This document shows positions 63,831 through 64,000 of a DNA stretch of 64,000 nucleotides, in pieces. The notes beneath the pieces are model-generated. The model was not told the DNA's origin. It did not search any database and was given only the letters and a program-made list of their open reading frames with translations. Source of the stretch: a virus; UHGV virus genome UHGV-1376660; one strand, 5' to 3'. The translations under genes and the position numbers were made by a program. Position 1 is the first letter of the stretch; each line of letters begins with the position of its first letter.

Positions 63831-64000
63831 CGAAAGATACCTCTATTCGATTAATCAAATGCGCTACGAGACCAAATTGACGTAGATTCATCTTAGTTGT
63901 AAGATGAACTTGTATTGACGTATCCGTTCTCGCAACGCGATATGAGGTTTTTTAACGATGGCGTCGTAAAAAAACCAGAAAGAACTCCCGTTCGGGGGTT

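Overview
This 64 kb window reads as one contiguous stretch of a large temperate phage-plasmid. A T4-style replication, recombination and nucleotide-metabolism gene set lies next to a P1-type RepA/iteron plasmid replicon. From memory only (no search was possible), the gene mix resembles the enterobacterial SSU5/pHCM2 phage-plasmid group.

Nearly all genes sit on the minus strand in tightly coupled operons. Many stop/start junctions overlap as ATGA or TAATG.

The gene set includes:
- nucleotide metabolism: nrdA, nrdB, a thyA-like gene, folA, a P-loop kinase, a MazG-like NTP pyrophosphohydrolase and a glutaredoxin;
- replication and recombination: dnaE (PHP domain; split by an HNH homing-endonuclease gene), a gp32-like SSB, a RecA/UvsX-like recombinase, a possible UvsY-like mediator, a flap endonuclease, RNase HI, a DnaQ-like exonuclease, a RuvC-like resolvase and SbcC/SbcD (gp46/gp47-like);
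- other functions: two DNA methyltransferases with the NPPY motif, CobS/CobT homologs, a PhoH-like ATPase carrying a homopolymer frameshift, a small alarmone (ppGpp) hydrolase, an Rha/KilAC-type antirepressor, a tyrosine recombinase, and many small early-type hypothetical genes.

Noncoding structure is rich:
- a roughly 35 bp conserved motif (class 1) with at least 15 copies, and a 24 bp perfect palindrome (class 2) with at least 14 copies;
- a family of GGCCAC..GTGGCC terminator hairpins;
- a tandemly duplicated origin (DnaA box, GATC cluster and iterons) before repA, and about 14 iterons after it;
- two TTTCCC-repeat clusters bracketing the early block, and a roughly 1 kb GT-rich repeat region with no convincing ORF;
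- a 4.1 kb segment bounded by inverted Tn3-type 38 bp terminal repeats that carries a resolvase remnant and a 1084 aa AIDA-like autotransporter.

Candidate accessory modules are a YafO-family toxin with an atypical partner, a HicA-like pair with its own promoter and operator, two AT-rich islands of unknown function, and a Rof-like small protein. No tRNA, rRNA or CRISPR array was seen.
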